Source of the DNA: a virus
IMG/VR virus record: IMGVR_UViG_3300025436_000002
Span: 96,001 to 160,000 of that record
DNA length: 64,000 bases
Direction: 5' to 3' (one strand)
Position numbers and translations under genes: made by a program. The notes below the pieces were generated by a model, which saw only the letters and a program-made list of their open reading frames with translations, did not search any database and had not been told where the DNA came from. Below are positions 18,009-27,433 of this stretch, piece by piece (the first letter of the stretch is position 1; the number at the start of each line of letters is the position of its first letter).

Positions 18009-19748
18009 ATGGACATGACATTAAAAATTGAAAATTTAGGGGATATTATTGAAGTTGTATCAGGACTTGGAAACTTTAAGATAGGTGCTCTACTTACGGT
18101 AGATGCTCCTTCAGGATATAGTGAAGATATTATACTCAATGCTATATCAACACATCCAAACTTAGTACTTATCGGAGGCACTATTCTAAATACATACACA
18201 TATGATATTAATAAGAATAACATAGTAGACCTAGTAGATGGTATGGATGGATTATCCGCAACCCTAGATGACTTATCTACAACTGTTGACGGCTTATCTA
18301 CAACTACGGATGGATTATCTACAACTGTTGATGGATTATCTACAACTGTTGACGGCTTATCTACAACTGTTGACGGCTTATCTACAACTGTTGACGGCTT
18401 AGTTAGTTTCAGTATACCTGGAACTGATAGGTATTATATTGATGGTAATCTAGGAGATGACTCCACCCCAGATGGAAGTTTATCAAAGCCTTATAAAACC
18501 ATTCAAGCATGTTTAGACATGATAGGGCAACCCGTTAACCACATTGATGCTATGAGAACTATCCATATATACGTATCAGGTAAAACTTCAGCTGTGGAAT
18601 CAATATCTGGGGGTCAAACTTTTAGTGGATGTTACTCTGAAAATTTAACAGTTCCGTCGAGAAGGATTACCATATTTGGCTATGGTGTTAAACTAGGTGA
18701 TAATGGAGCTGGCTCTGGCGGTGGAAATATATTAAAAGAGTATTCAACAGGTAGGAGATTTGGTGCAACATCCTCAGAGTTGAGACCGTGTCTTACTTTA
18801 GTCGGATTGGCAGAGGTTAGGGATAATCATCAAAGATTACGTAACGGTTTCCACGTCGGTGGAACTTGTAGAACATCGATTTTAACAAGGAGTTTTGACT
18901 CGATACAAGGTGATGGTAGCAATAAAATAACAGTACATGTAGCAGCAGGTCAATATGCATACCCAATAACTGTATCAAATTATCCAACTACCCCCTACAT
19001 AAGAATATCAGTCCAAAATTCATTGTACTATAGTGGTACTTATGATATAACTGAAAAAATAGATGACACAACTTTTGTTGCCACTAAAGTAAGTGGGACA
19101 AACTTACACACCGAAATTGAAACATCTGGTAGATTTTTTGAGTCAGATAGTGCTGGTGCTTCTGGTTTATCTCATGATTCTTGTTTTTTAAATACTTATA
19201 TGCAAGGTGCTTACACCTGTGATGATGGGACTGTTAACGGTGCAGCTCCAACAGCAGGGACGGAAGTTCTTTATAGTGAAGGTAGTAGATTTTATACAGG
19301 GGTTGAAGGTAGGAGTATTTTATTACAAAGATGGATTAACACTACTTTAGCTGGAGCAAGTATCATTAACTCGTCAGAAGGTATGAACAATTGTTCAATT
19401 AGCGGAACTTTAACCTTATCCACATTTACATATGCAACTGATGACATGGGCTTCATAGCAAATAGATTTAATAGTGCAGTTCCGATAACGGTAAGTAGTG
19501 CGGGTCAAACCGTAAGAATGGATGCAATAACTTACAAATCTTTCAGAGATGCTGGCTGTACATGGGTAACAAATACCCCTACAATAGATTTACTTGGTAG
19601 ATCATGGGATTCGGGAGTTTGGGCTTCTAGACCGACTACATGTTTACAAACTGGTCAAATGTATCTGGATACTGGATTGAAAAAACCTTATTGGTATAAC
19701 TCTGGGGATTCCAGTTGGTACGATGCTACGGGAGTAGTCCACATATAA
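18009..19748 (+). CDS. putative virion fibre/adhesin-like protein
   Basis: Heptad repeat LSTTVDG; YYIDGNLGDD...DGSLSKPYKTIQA motif typical of beta-helix N-termini; fibre-like C-terminus GQMYLDT...PYWY...W.DATG; G/S/T-rich. Confidence 0.65.
   Translation: MDMTLKIENLGDIIEVVSGLGNFKIGALLTVDAPSGYSEDIILNAISTHPNLVLIGGTILNTYTYDINKNNIVDLVDGMDGLSATLDDLSTTVDGLSTTTDGLSTTVDGLSTTVDGLSTTVDGLSTTVDGLVSFSIPGTDRYYIDGNLGDDSTPDGSLSKPYKTIQACLDMIGQPVNHIDAMRTIHIYVSGKTSAVESISGGQTFSGCYSENLTVPSRRITIFGYGVKLGDNGAGSGGGNILKEYSTGRRFGATSSELRPCLTLVGLAEVRDNHQRLRNGFHVGGTCRTSILTRSFDSIQGDGSNKITVHVAAGQYAYPITVSNYPTTPYIRISVQNSLYYSGTYDITEKIDDTTFVATKVSGTNLHTEIETSGRFFESDSAGASGLSHDSCFLNTYMQGAYTCDDGTVNGAAPTAGTEVLYSEGSRFYTGVEGRSILLQRWINTTLAGASIINSSEGMNNCSISGTLTLSTFTYATDDMGFIANRFNSAVPITVSSAGQTVRMDAITYKSFRDAGCTWVTNTPTIDLLGRSWDSGVWASRPTTCLQTGQMYLDTGLKKPYWYNSGDSSWYDATGVVHI
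18252..18401 (+). repeat. 21-bp tandem coding repeat (about 7 units)
   Basis: ttatctacaactgttga(c/t)gg(c/a). Confidence 0.9.
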
Positions 19749-19777
19749 CTGTTAACTAGTACACGTTACAAACGTCG

Positions 19778-19789
19778 TTTATATTATAA
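19778..19789 (+). promoter_or_regulatory. putative late promoter TTTATATTATAA
   Basis: Upstream of 19835. Confidence 0.6.
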
Positions 19790-19834
19790 CTAGGTATTCA
19801 GTGTAGAATACCACAATTTAGAAAGAGGTTAACC

Positions 19835-20422
19835 TTGGTATTACAAATCAAAAACACGAGTCTTTCAGAAGTTATTGTATCAGGTCTTAGTATTTCCATT
19901 GATGCAAGTGCTACAGTATCCGCTCCATTCTATGCACCTTATGTTAGAAAAACAGTTCAAGATGCCATAGTCGGCTATCCAACATTGTCTATGGTTGCAC
20001 TAGCAGCAGGTTCTCCGACTCAAATTAAAAACCATGACTTAGTACATGCGGTGACTGTTGTTGAACTTAACAATCTTGTTATAACTGCGGATACTACTGT
20101 TGTTGTTCCTTTGAGTGAGGTTGAACTTACTGAGTCTCAAATTGTAGCTGCTATCAGACCTTTCCCAGAGTTGGAACTATTAGGTAGCACTATGTTGACA
20201 GTTGAAATTCCAACACAAGCTTTTGACATCACTAACCCTGTTATCCTTGGCGACATGTTTGAGGATGTCAATACAATCTTAGAAACTATCGAAGCTAACG
20301 ATGCTGCTGCCACGGTAGCAATAGCAGATTGCCTAGTTAAAAATGGTTTCAATGATACATTCGTTACCGCTGGTGGAAAAACAGTTACAGTTGTTGATGG
20401 TCAAATAATCAGTATAATCTAA
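19835..20422 (+). CDS. putative virion structural protein
   Basis: TTG start after GAGGT; A/V/T-rich; C-terminal GKTVTVVDGQI; segments resemble the N-terminus of 18009. Confidence 0.6.
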   Translation: MVLQIKNTSLSEVIVSGLSISIDASATVSAPFYAPYVRKTVQDAIVGYPTLSMVALAAGSPTQIKNHDLVHAVTVVELNNLVITADTTVVVPLSEVELTESQIVAAIRPFPELELLGSTMLTVEIPTQAFDITNPVILGDMFEDVNTILETIEANDAAATVAIADCLVKNGFNDTFVTAGGKTVTVVDGQIISII

Positions 20423-20424
20423 TC

Positions 20425-20490
20425 CGTAACAATAACTTAATAAACATTATAAAGGGGACTTGTAAAAGAGTCCTCTTTATGTTATACTAA
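20425..20490 (+). promoter_or_regulatory. stem-loop sigma70-type promoter module
   Basis: IR ataaaggggactt/gagtcctctttat; TTGTAA 20460; TG-TATACT 20483. Confidence 0.8.
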
Positions 20491-20523
20491 ATTTGTAAAG
20501 TTATTTAAAAGAAGGGCTAAAAT

Positions 20524-20865
20524 ATGTTAGTAAAAGTAAAAGCACGTTTAAAAAAGAATCCTAAGTATAGAGTTGACGAACCTATATCATACTACGGATA
20601 TCCTCAGTACATCCAGATACTGTCCGATAGTGTTATAGATTCTGAGGAAACTACCAATATATTCAAAGCTGTTGATGACTTTATAAGTAGGGATGTGGCA
20701 CACGACCGAATATTGAACTACCTCAATCAAGAGGGGACTGATAACATATCTCGTTCAGTACTCTTAACTCTTGAAGTGTTTTACGTATATACTTCGGGTA
20801 CTCAGTATTACAAACCTCATGGAAGTATTGACGTAGTTAATATAAAAGATATTAAGTTAATTTAA
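20524..20865 (+). CDS. hypothetical protein
   Basis: ORF directly after the promoter. Confidence 0.7.
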   Translation: MLVKVKARLKKNPKYRVDEPISYYGYPQYIQILSDSVIDSEETTNIFKAVDDFISRDVAHDRILNYLNQEGTDNISRSVLLTLEVFYVYTSGTQYYKPHGSIDVVNIKDIKLI

Positions 20866-21056
20866 GAAAGGTTTCTGAGATGGATTATGATTTAAAGAAA
20901 GCTAACGAACGGATAGTTGAACTCGAGAGTTTTATACGGGATTTAAAAAGGGCTATGTCTAATAGTTATTCAACATCTTATACAACTTGTAGTAAGTGTA
21001 GCAAACCTACCGAGAGGAGATATATTTGCTGTAACTACGGTTATGGGGGAGAATAG

Positions 21057-21305
21057 GTGTACATAATAGGTAAGGCTACAGTACTGAAGATAGCGATATG
21101 TAAAGATACAAAGGTAGCTTACATGATTAGAGGGTGGGGATGTCTATGTCAGTCTAATATAGATTATGATTGTGTAGAAACTACTACTGGGAGTGTAAGG
21201 CGTATTACTGAAAAAACTGCCTTCAATATAGACCTTGACAACTACGATGTTCTTGAAGGGACTGGTATGAATAAATATTTAATGGCATTGGAGTTAAGTA
21301 AGTGA
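21057..21305 (+). CDS. ELLK-tail family small protein
   Basis: MNKYLMALELSK*. Confidence 0.8.
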   Translation: MYIIGKATVLKIAICKDTKVAYMIRGWGCLCQSNIDYDCVETTTGSVRRITEKTAFNIDLDNYDVLEGTGMNKYLMALELSK

Positions 21306-21490
21306 GAATAGAAATTGGAAATAGGGTTAGACTTCTCTATCAATCTGGGTATTATGAAGTCCTAGGATACACAGTTGAAGGTTGTATTAGATGTAAGAAA
21401 ATAGCTAACGACGAGGGTCTTTGGGTAGCTCCAGAAATTGAGATAGTTAATCCTAGTCATCTAGGTAATGTGTTAGACATGTTAGGGTAG
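21302..21490 (+). CDS. small SH3/KOW-like hypothetical protein
   Basis: IEIGNRVRL pattern; GTGA-coupled. Confidence 0.55.
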   Translation: MRIEIGNRVRLLYQSGYYEVLGYTVEGCIRCKKIANDEGLWVAPEIEIVNPSHLGNVLDMLG

Positions 21491-21507
21491 GGGGAGGTGA
21501 AAGTCTC

Positions 21508-21649
21508 ATGAGTTATGTAGAAGATGTCTTAGAGTTAGTAAGATTTACGGAGTTAGTTAACGATAATTCCATGGGGGGGTGGGTTGGATATTGAAATACT
21601 CTTGAAGGAATATAGGAAATATCTTATGATGAAGGAACTATTAAAATGA
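21508..21649 (+). pseudogene. ELLK-tail gene frameshifted at a G7 run
   Basis: Removing one G at 21573-21579 gives ...LKEYRKYLMMKELLK*. Confidence 0.6.
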
Positions 21650-21882
21650 AGATGGTAGCTGTAATGACAGATGTTCAGAATCCTGAGATAATTTGTTATT
21701 ATTTTGAAAAAGAAGGATACAAGTATCTATTACTTGAGGATAATGGGGAAAACTGGGTGCAGTACACGGGGCATACTCTAGAAACATTACTAGACACGGG
21801 AAGGTTGTCTAATAATTTTAATGTCACAACTGATTCCTTAGAAATTAACAAACATTCCATGCTGAGAGAGCTGTCGAAGTAG
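21646..21882 (+). CDS. ELLK-tail family small protein
   Basis: INKHSMLRELSK*. Confidence 0.8.
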   Translation: MKMVAVMTDVQNPEIICYYFEKEGYKYLLLEDNGENWVQYTGHTLETLLDTGRLSNNFNVTTDSLEINKHSMLRELSK

Positions 21883-21908
21883 AATTAAAAGAATACGGGA
21901 GGTAACCT

Positions 21909-22046
21909 TTGAACCAGTCCATGTTGTTTAAAATAAATATTATTTACATATCTCTGTACCTACTGATAGGTCCGTCCATGTTCACTATGCTAATTAGTTT
22001 GTACATTAGCATGTTGTTTATAGTATGCTATAAGGATTCAAAATAG
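21909..22046 (+). CDS. 45-aa hydrophobic peptide (not in ORF track)
   Basis: GGAGGT SD, TTG start, TAG abutting the next ATG. Confidence 0.45.
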   Translation: MNQSMLFKINIIYISLYLLIGPSMFTMLISLYISMLFIVCYKDSK

Positions 22047-22433
22047 ATGAAAAAAATTATAATATCTTTAGCATTGATGCTACTGACATGCATGCCCGTG
22101 TTAGCTCAGGATTGGCAAGAGGCAGGGTTCCAACAGTATACTAAGATAATAAAATATCATTTTCCGATAGTCGAATACTGGATGATGTCCTTCCCATTCG
22201 AACCTGAATTTATAGGGGATGTGCAGGTAGGCTCAAGGCTCATGTACACTAAGACAAATTGTGACGAAAGGAGTTTAGCAGTACTTAGATATATTATATA
22301 TGACTTAGATAGAAATATCATAGCTAACTATGAGGTATCCTCAGAGGAGAAACTAAATCCAAGTTATCAAGATCTTGTTGAAGGTTCTATCGGAGAGCAG
22401 GCATGGAAATCTGTTTGTGATGGAGAAGACTAG
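22047..22433 (+). CDS. secreted protein, surface-adhesin-E-like
   Basis: Signal peptide MKKIIISLALMLLTCMPVLA; NC...YD..; GSIGEQAWKSVC. Confidence 0.55.
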   Translation: MKKIIISLALMLLTCMPVLAQDWQEAGFQQYTKIIKYHFPIVEYWMMSFPFEPEFIGDVQVGSRLMYTKTNCDERSLAVLRYIIYDLDRNIIANYEVSSEEKLNPSYQDLVEGSIGEQAWKSVCDGED

Positions 22434-22526
22434 TTGTAAAGTTTTATTTAGAATACTTGTAGTTAAGGTGTACAATTTTTAGTTAATATGATATGATGTT
22501 TGAGTAGATTATAAGGAGACAAGAAT

Positions 22527-23054
22527 ATGTTAAAGATTACCACAGTAGGTGAAGCACTTAAAGCAGTAGAGCATTGTTGTTTTGCTTTAGAATTTGTAGA
22601 GGACTCGTTGCAAACGTATGAGATGTGTTTATCCGCAGTCGATAGTGATGGATATAATATACAATGAGTAAAGGAAGAATTTAAAACGCATGAAATGTAC
22701 GTAACGGCTTTAAAGTCTCAAGGAGGAGCTATAGAATGTATAGATGATAAATTTATAACTGAGGAATTTTGTATCTTAGCGGTTCAGTATTGTGATCATG
22801 CTCTAAATCTTATAAGTAAGAAGAACCAAACTGAGAAAGTTTATATGGCAGCAGTTACGGAATATGGAGATTCCCTCGAATATGTAAAAAAGCAAACCTT
22901 AGAAATCTGTATTGAGGCAGTAAAACAAGATGAAGATGCTTTTGAGTATGTTGAAGCTAAATTCAAAAAGCCAGTGTCCAAGTTCCTAGAAACTTATGTT
23001 AGAAATAATAAACCTATTACTTATAGGCAATGTAAAGATATTTACATCTACTAG
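22527..23054 (+). pseudogene. DUF4116-like repeat protein with an in-frame TGA
   Basis: SD-linked ATG at 22527; TGA at 22665; repeats T.E.C..AV.....LEYV lie on both sides of the stop. Confidence 0.7.
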
Positions 23055-23087
23055 TAACAGTGTGCAGAATATAAGGAGACAACTAAT

Positions 23088-23357
23088 ATGAATGTTTTTG
23101 ATTTAATAGGCGGAGTCCCCCAAGATCCAAAACCTCCAGTTACCCACTTATCCATGTATACTGAAGAAACTGAGTCTATATTAACTTCAAGTACTGAAAC
23201 GTGGTATAAGCTTAAAGCAGGTAGCATGACGCTGTTCGAATCTCAGGATTTGAAAGAGGCCGAGGAATACGCTGAGTTCAATAAGAACGTACTCTTTATA
23301 GATAACGTAAAGCTGTATAAGAAAGTAACTACTAAGGAACTAATAAAAGAATACTAA
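23088..23357 (+). CDS. hypothetical protein
   Basis: AAGGAG SD. Confidence 0.7.
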   Translation: MNVFDLIGGVPQDPKPPVTHLSMYTEETESILTSSTETWYKLKAGSMTLFESQDLKEAEEYAEFNKNVLFIDNVKLYKKVTTKELIKEY

Positions 23358-23468
23358 ATACTAGGAAGATTCAGTGTATTTTATATTAAGAATATTAGGA
23401 ATAGCTATTATTAATAAAGATGATAATCTTGAGATAGGTACTAAGACTAAGAAAGGTTTTTGGTAAGC

Positions 23469-23822
23469 ATGGCTAAAAAACTAGAAATAAGTATAGGGGA
23501 TATAATTACTATTGCTAGAGCTACTGGATATTTTAGATACGTAGCTAGTTTACCTAGAATAGGTTATCACGATGTAAAAGTATTTGTCAAAGAACTTGGA
23601 TCTGGAGGGAAAATTGACTCTTCTGATTATAAAGTGGAGAGGATCGGCTTTGTGGGGATAGCTAAAGTATCCAAAGAGTCTCTTGATGAGATGTATAATA
23701 AAGAATTAAAGAGTATTGAAGGACGTAAGATTAGACTCGAAGCTAAGAAAAAAATATTATCAAAATTGACTAAACCCTCTGAGATAGCTAAATTCTTAAT
23801 GACAAGGGAACTATTGAAATGA
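23469..23822 (+). CDS. SH3-like plus coiled-coil protein bearing the ELLK tail
   Basis: ISIGDIIT...IAKFLMTRELLK*. Confidence 0.75.
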   Translation: MAKKLEISIGDIITIARATGYFRYVASLPRIGYHDVKVFVKELGSGGKIDSSDYKVERIGFVGIAKVSKESLDEMYNKELKSIEGRKIRLEAKKKILSKLTKPSEIAKFLMTRELLK

Positions 23823-24085
23823 AACACGAAGATTATCTTACGGATGATAAAGGACTTATATACTTAGACTCTCTCAAAGCTGAGGGTCTAACCTTTAAAT
23901 ATGTTCCTAAATGGACATCTAAATATAATAGTTATGTGGTATATGACTATGAACCTTTCTGTGCTGATGGATTCTATGTTTCAGTCGATCTTGAAGGGGA
24001 TGAATCCATGGTTAATTATGTAGTATATCTGTGTGATAAAAGAAAAGAAGGTATCGAGAATATCAAGAGGTGCTTTAATGAGTAA
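23819..24085 (+). CDS. hypothetical protein (family with 37103 and 63201)
   Basis: YVVYLCDKRKEGIENI motif. Confidence 0.7.
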   Translation: MKHEDYLTDDKGLIYLDSLKAEGLTFKYVPKWTSKYNSYVVYDYEPFCADGFYVSVDLEGDESMVNYVVYLCDKRKEGIENIKRCFNE

Positions 24086-24323
24086 AGAGTACGTAATTAT
24101 CGCCAAATTTTTTGATGACGGGCCAACACTGGAGTATTTTAGATATCCAGATAATTCTAATGATATTTACTATATGTTTTCAAATTGTACTAATCTAGAA
24201 AGTAGACATCCTTATAGTGTTGATCGTATAGTATGTGATCTTAGTCAAAGGAATACTGTAATGTTGTTAACAAATAAAAAAGATATAGATAAATACCTAA
24301 TGACCAAAGAATTATTAAAATAG
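24078..24323 (+). CDS. ELLK-tail family small protein
   Basis: MSKEYVII...IDKYLMTKELLK*. Confidence 0.85.
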   Translation: MSKEYVIIAKFFDDGPTLEYFRYPDNSNDIYYMFSNCTNLESRHPYSVDRIVCDLSQRNTVMLLTNKKDIDKYLMTKELLK

Positions 24324-24353
24324 ATTGTAAAGTTTCATTTCAATAACCTTACT

Positions 24354-24413
24354 GAGAGTCTTGACGACTCTCTTTTTTTATGCTATCATGTTCTTGTAAG
24401 GTTAAATAAGGAG
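24354..24413 (+). promoter_or_regulatory. overlapping intrinsic terminator and promoter module
   Basis: gagagtc/gactctc hairpin plus T7; TTGACG 24361; TG-TATCAT 24384. Confidence 0.75.
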
Positions 24414-24419
24414 TTAGTC

Positions 24420-24722
24420 ATGAAAGAATATACGGTAGAATTTATAGTCCTAGTAGGGGAAGGTGCAGGTCATGAACACAAGACTATAAGTATTAAAATA
24501 AATGCTGAGGATACGGAGTCTGCATTAGTGATAGCTAAAAGCATGCTATCCATAGAAATTCAATTCAAAGGGGAGTGTGGGTATTTAGCTCCCAATGCTG
24601 AAAAGCTCCATAAATATGAAATAGATTATGACGATTCAAACCCATGTAATGATTGTGAGTTATCTTCTTGTGTAGGCTGTGCTCATTCTGAAACTAATGA
24701 TGATTGGGAAGACTATGACTAA
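24420..24722 (+). CDS. hypothetical protein, Cys-cluster C-terminus
   Basis: AAGGAG SD; CNDC...CVGC. Confidence 0.7.
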   Translation: MKEYTVEFIVLVGEGAGHEHKTISIKINAEDTESALVIAKSMLSIEIQFKGECGYLAPNAEKLHKYEIDYDDSNPCNDCELSSCVGCAHSETNDDWEDYD

Positions 24723-24756
24723 GAACTTTGATACATGTGTAAAAGGAGTTAACTGA

Positions 24757-25011
24757 GTGAGGGAATACATACTTTTTGAAAGGTATTGGAACTACGAACA
24801 TAAATACTACTACGTCGAAGATGAAGTTACCTATTGGGTATATTCTGGAGGAGGTCCTCCTGCTATTTCAGCATGGCAAGGCGAGGCGGATGTTAAAAGG
24901 TTAGTCCGTATTACTAAACTTGATAGTCTTGAAAAGGTACAACCTTATATATTAACTATTGGACATCGTGAAGTGGCTAAGTTATTAATGGAGATAGAAT
25001 TGCTAAAATGA
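24757..25011 (+). CDS. ELLK-tail family small protein
   Basis: VAKLLMEIELLK*. Confidence 0.85.
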   Translation: MREYILFERYWNYEHKYYYVEDEVTYWVYSGGGPPAISAWQGEADVKRLVRITKLDSLEKVQPYILTIGHREVAKLLMEIELLK

Positions 25012-25241
25012 AAAAAGTCTTAGCTCTTATACTTGATATGGAGTCTAATGAGATAATTTGTAGGATAGCTTGTGATACCTATGGAAATACGTTCACTTCG
25101 TTAGGCGGTGTTAATTGGAGATATGCTCAAAAACCTATGTCCTACTACATAAGTTCTGTTAACTTAGGAGAGGGTTATTACGCTGTAACATCTCCAGAGG
25201 GTGTTGATGAGTTACTTATGGTTGAGGAGCTATTAAAATGA
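25008..25241 (+). CDS. ELLK-tail family small protein
   Basis: VDELLMVEELLK*. Confidence 0.85.
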   Translation: MKKVLALILDMESNEIICRIACDTYGNTFTSLGGVNWRYAQKPMSYYISSVNLGEGYYAVTSPEGVDELLMVEELLK

Positions 25242-25507
25242 AAAGAAGGTTTATTTATTTAGGGCATTCCAATACCTACTACCCAGGTGGATCAGGTAAT
25301 ACATGTTACAATAGATATTATTACTTTAGAGACGAAGAGTATACAGTATATCTCTCGGATATTTGTTATCCTACTAAACATAGTCTATCCCGAATATCAT
25401 CAGATCGTCTGAAATGTAGGCTACACGGGGCAGGAGGACATGTCATGTGTAAACGGAGTAAAAAGAGTATATCTAAATTTTTAATGACTAAGGAGTTATC
25501 TAAATGA
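25238..25507 (+). CDS. ELLK-tail family small protein
   Basis: ISKFLMTKELSK*. Confidence 0.85.
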   Translation: MKRRFIYLGHSNTYYPGGSGNTCYNRYYYFRDEEYTVYLSDICYPTKHSLSRISSDRLKCRLHGAGGHVMCKRSKKSISKFLMTKELSK

Positions 25508-25800
25508 CTAAAAAGTATATAGGACTTATTCTAGGGAGGTACAGTAGGTGCGGAGATTTTAATTTCTATTCACCTTCCATGAAGATATACTATGTTGAAA
25601 ATAGAATTTGTTATCAAAGTGTTGTATTTGACGAGATTCCCGTCATGCCAAACCTTTATAATAAAACATTTACTATGGATACAAGTTATGCTAGAGTAGC
25701 ATTTGACTTAATTATAGCTAAAAGACATAGTTGTCTAACAGTCATTACAAACCATGCTGAGATTATAAAATATTTAATGACGGAGGAACTATTAAAGTGA
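25504..25800 (+). CDS. ELLK-tail family small protein
   Basis: MTKKYIGL...IIKYLMTEELLK*. Confidence 0.85.
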   Translation: MTKKYIGLILGRYSRCGDFNFYSPSMKIYYVENRICYQSVVFDEIPVMPNLYNKTFTMDTSYARVAFDLIIAKRHSCLTVITNHAEIIKYLMTEELLK

Positions 25801-25841
25801 AGATTAATAAATTCTTAATGTTAAAGGAGTTATCTAAATGA
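25797..25841 (+). CDS. 14-aa tail-only mini-ORF
   Basis: GTG start; MKINKFLMLKELSK*; coupled at both ends. Confidence 0.65.
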   Translation: MKINKFLMLKELSK

Positions 25842-26026
25842 GGGATATAAATAGAATACCTAGAATACTTAAAAAATTAGAGGAGGTTTGGACAGCTTCT
25901 CCAGATTTGAGATTATTTCAACTACTGACATGGGTTGTTCGAGACTACAGAGGTGACTTATTCTACCTTGAAGACGACGTTGTAGAGGACAACCTTAATG
26001 AAGAGAAGATACGGAGGCAAGTATGA
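25838..26026 (+). CDS. conserved small phage protein
   Basis: MRD..RI..IL..L...W...PDLR..QL...D.FY.ED pattern. Confidence 0.7.
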   Translation: MRDINRIPRILKKLEEVWTASPDLRLFQLLTWVVRDYRGDLFYLEDDVVEDNLNEEKIRRQV

Positions 26027-26289
26027 GTTTATCTAAAGAATTCTTCATACAACTTAAAATTAACTTCGACGAAGTCTTTGGAGGTACTAGTCTCCTAGAC
26101 ATGGAACATATGATACATAGTGCGGGTACTATGGGTTTTGACAGGGCTCTTCTAAAGACTTGTAAAGAATTCAATGTGATGTCAACTTACCAAGAGTTTG
26201 AAGGTATGGATTGGTATGAGTATGATGTATCATGTTCTCTTCTAGTCGATGAAGTGGCTAATGCTTTGGAGAGAATACATGAAAGCTAA
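26023..26289 (+). CDS. hypothetical protein
   Basis: ATGA overlap; GGAGG SD. Confidence 0.7.
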   Translation: MSLSKEFFIQLKINFDEVFGGTSLLDMEHMIHSAGTMGFDRALLKTCKEFNVMSTYQEFEGMDWYEYDVSCSLLVDEVANALERIHES

Positions 26290-26566
26290 AAGAGGAAATA
26301 GTGTTTATTTTAATGTTCAAGATATTAACTTTATTCTTATGGAGGAGGGACGTATACTATATGAGTATGTATGGAAAAACAATAATCTCTATGTTAGACA
26401 TAGGGATATGGAAGTTCACCTCATAGGTAACAAGTTGGGTTCTTCTTTAAGAGAGGTGGTAGCTTACTTTAAAGGAAAACATGCGGAGATATATCCGAAT
26501 CTCTTATTTTCAGATGATAAGATTCATATAGATAAATTGTTGGTGATAGAAGAGTTATTAAAATAG
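26279..26566 (+). CDS. ELLK-tail family small protein
   Basis: IDKLLVIEELLK*. Confidence 0.8.
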   Translation: MKAKRGNSVYFNVQDINFILMEEGRILYEYVWKNNNLYVRHRDMEVHLIGNKLGSSLREVVAYFKGKHAEIYPNLLFSDDKIHIDKLLVIEELLK

Positions 26567-26576
26567 AGGAGGTCGT

Positions 26577-27065
26577 TTGGGTAAACTAAGTTATAGGTTA
26601 GAAGGAACCGTGTTAGTAACTACAGAAACTTTCGGATTCTCGACCAGAAGTGAATATTGTGATCTGGCTACATGGGAGACGTTTGAGATTGATAAGATGG
26701 GAGCTAGATTTTTGGTAACATCTTTAAAGTTTGAAGACAGGGGAGGTTACTTAGATAAGGTAGTCCAAGCTAGGGATCAGCTTGCCAAAGAACTCATGTA
26801 CGGAGAAGTTGTTTGGAAGAGTGCTAAAGAACAAGAAGCTCACCACTCTAAATGTGATAGAAGAAACAAGGAGCTTGAATACTTTAAAGAGGACTTAGCC
26901 CATGATGCGGGAGTCCCTTCTGAGGAAGAAAAAATTGATGCCGTTAACCGAAAGGCTGTAGAATTAGATTGTAAATATGAAATTTATGGGTATAGGTTTG
27001 TACTCGGAAAACCTTTTCACAACACTAAAAAAGGTAGAGACAACATAAATAGATTATTTAATTAG
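26577..27065 (+). CDS. hypothetical protein (paralog of 12588)
   Basis: Shared N- and C-terminal motifs. Confidence 0.8.
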   Translation: MGKLSYRLEGTVLVTTETFGFSTRSEYCDLATWETFEIDKMGARFLVTSLKFEDRGGYLDKVVQARDQLAKELMYGEVVWKSAKEQEAHHSKCDRRNKELEYFKEDLAHDAGVPSEEEKIDAVNRKAVELDCKYEIYGYRFVLGKPFHNTKKGRDNINRLFN

Positions 27066-27375
27066 GAGGTACGGTATATGGTCACACTACTGCTTATTAT
27101 AGCATTTAGCTCTCTAACTTTTAAAGGTCTAACCTTATCTATTTTATTTACATGGTTAAACCTACATCCATTTGTTACCTTATTTCTTATAGGAGAAATC
27201 ACTAGGGATGTGATTAAACTCGGGAGTAATAAGATTGGATAAGATCAACCTAAGGGTACTATTGGATGAGTGGGCTATGGAGCTTAAAGGAGACAGGGAT
27301 TAATAAAGCTCCAAGAGCTCGAGCAAAGATAGTAAGATACATACGAGTTGAGGAAAGTAACTCGCAATAATAAAG

Positions 27376-27387
27376 TTTATATTATAT
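27376..27387 (+). promoter_or_regulatory. putative late promoter TTTATATTATA
   Basis: Upstream of the discoidin pseudogene. Confidence 0.5.
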
Positions 27388-27433
27388 ACAGATTGCCTCT
27401 CATGGGGGGGTAACATTGTACGGAGAATATATA

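Noticed and set aside
23380-23391. Additional late promoter (tttatattaaga)
   Set aside because: It deviates from the consensus, lies far from the next start, and such AT-rich strings can arise by chance.
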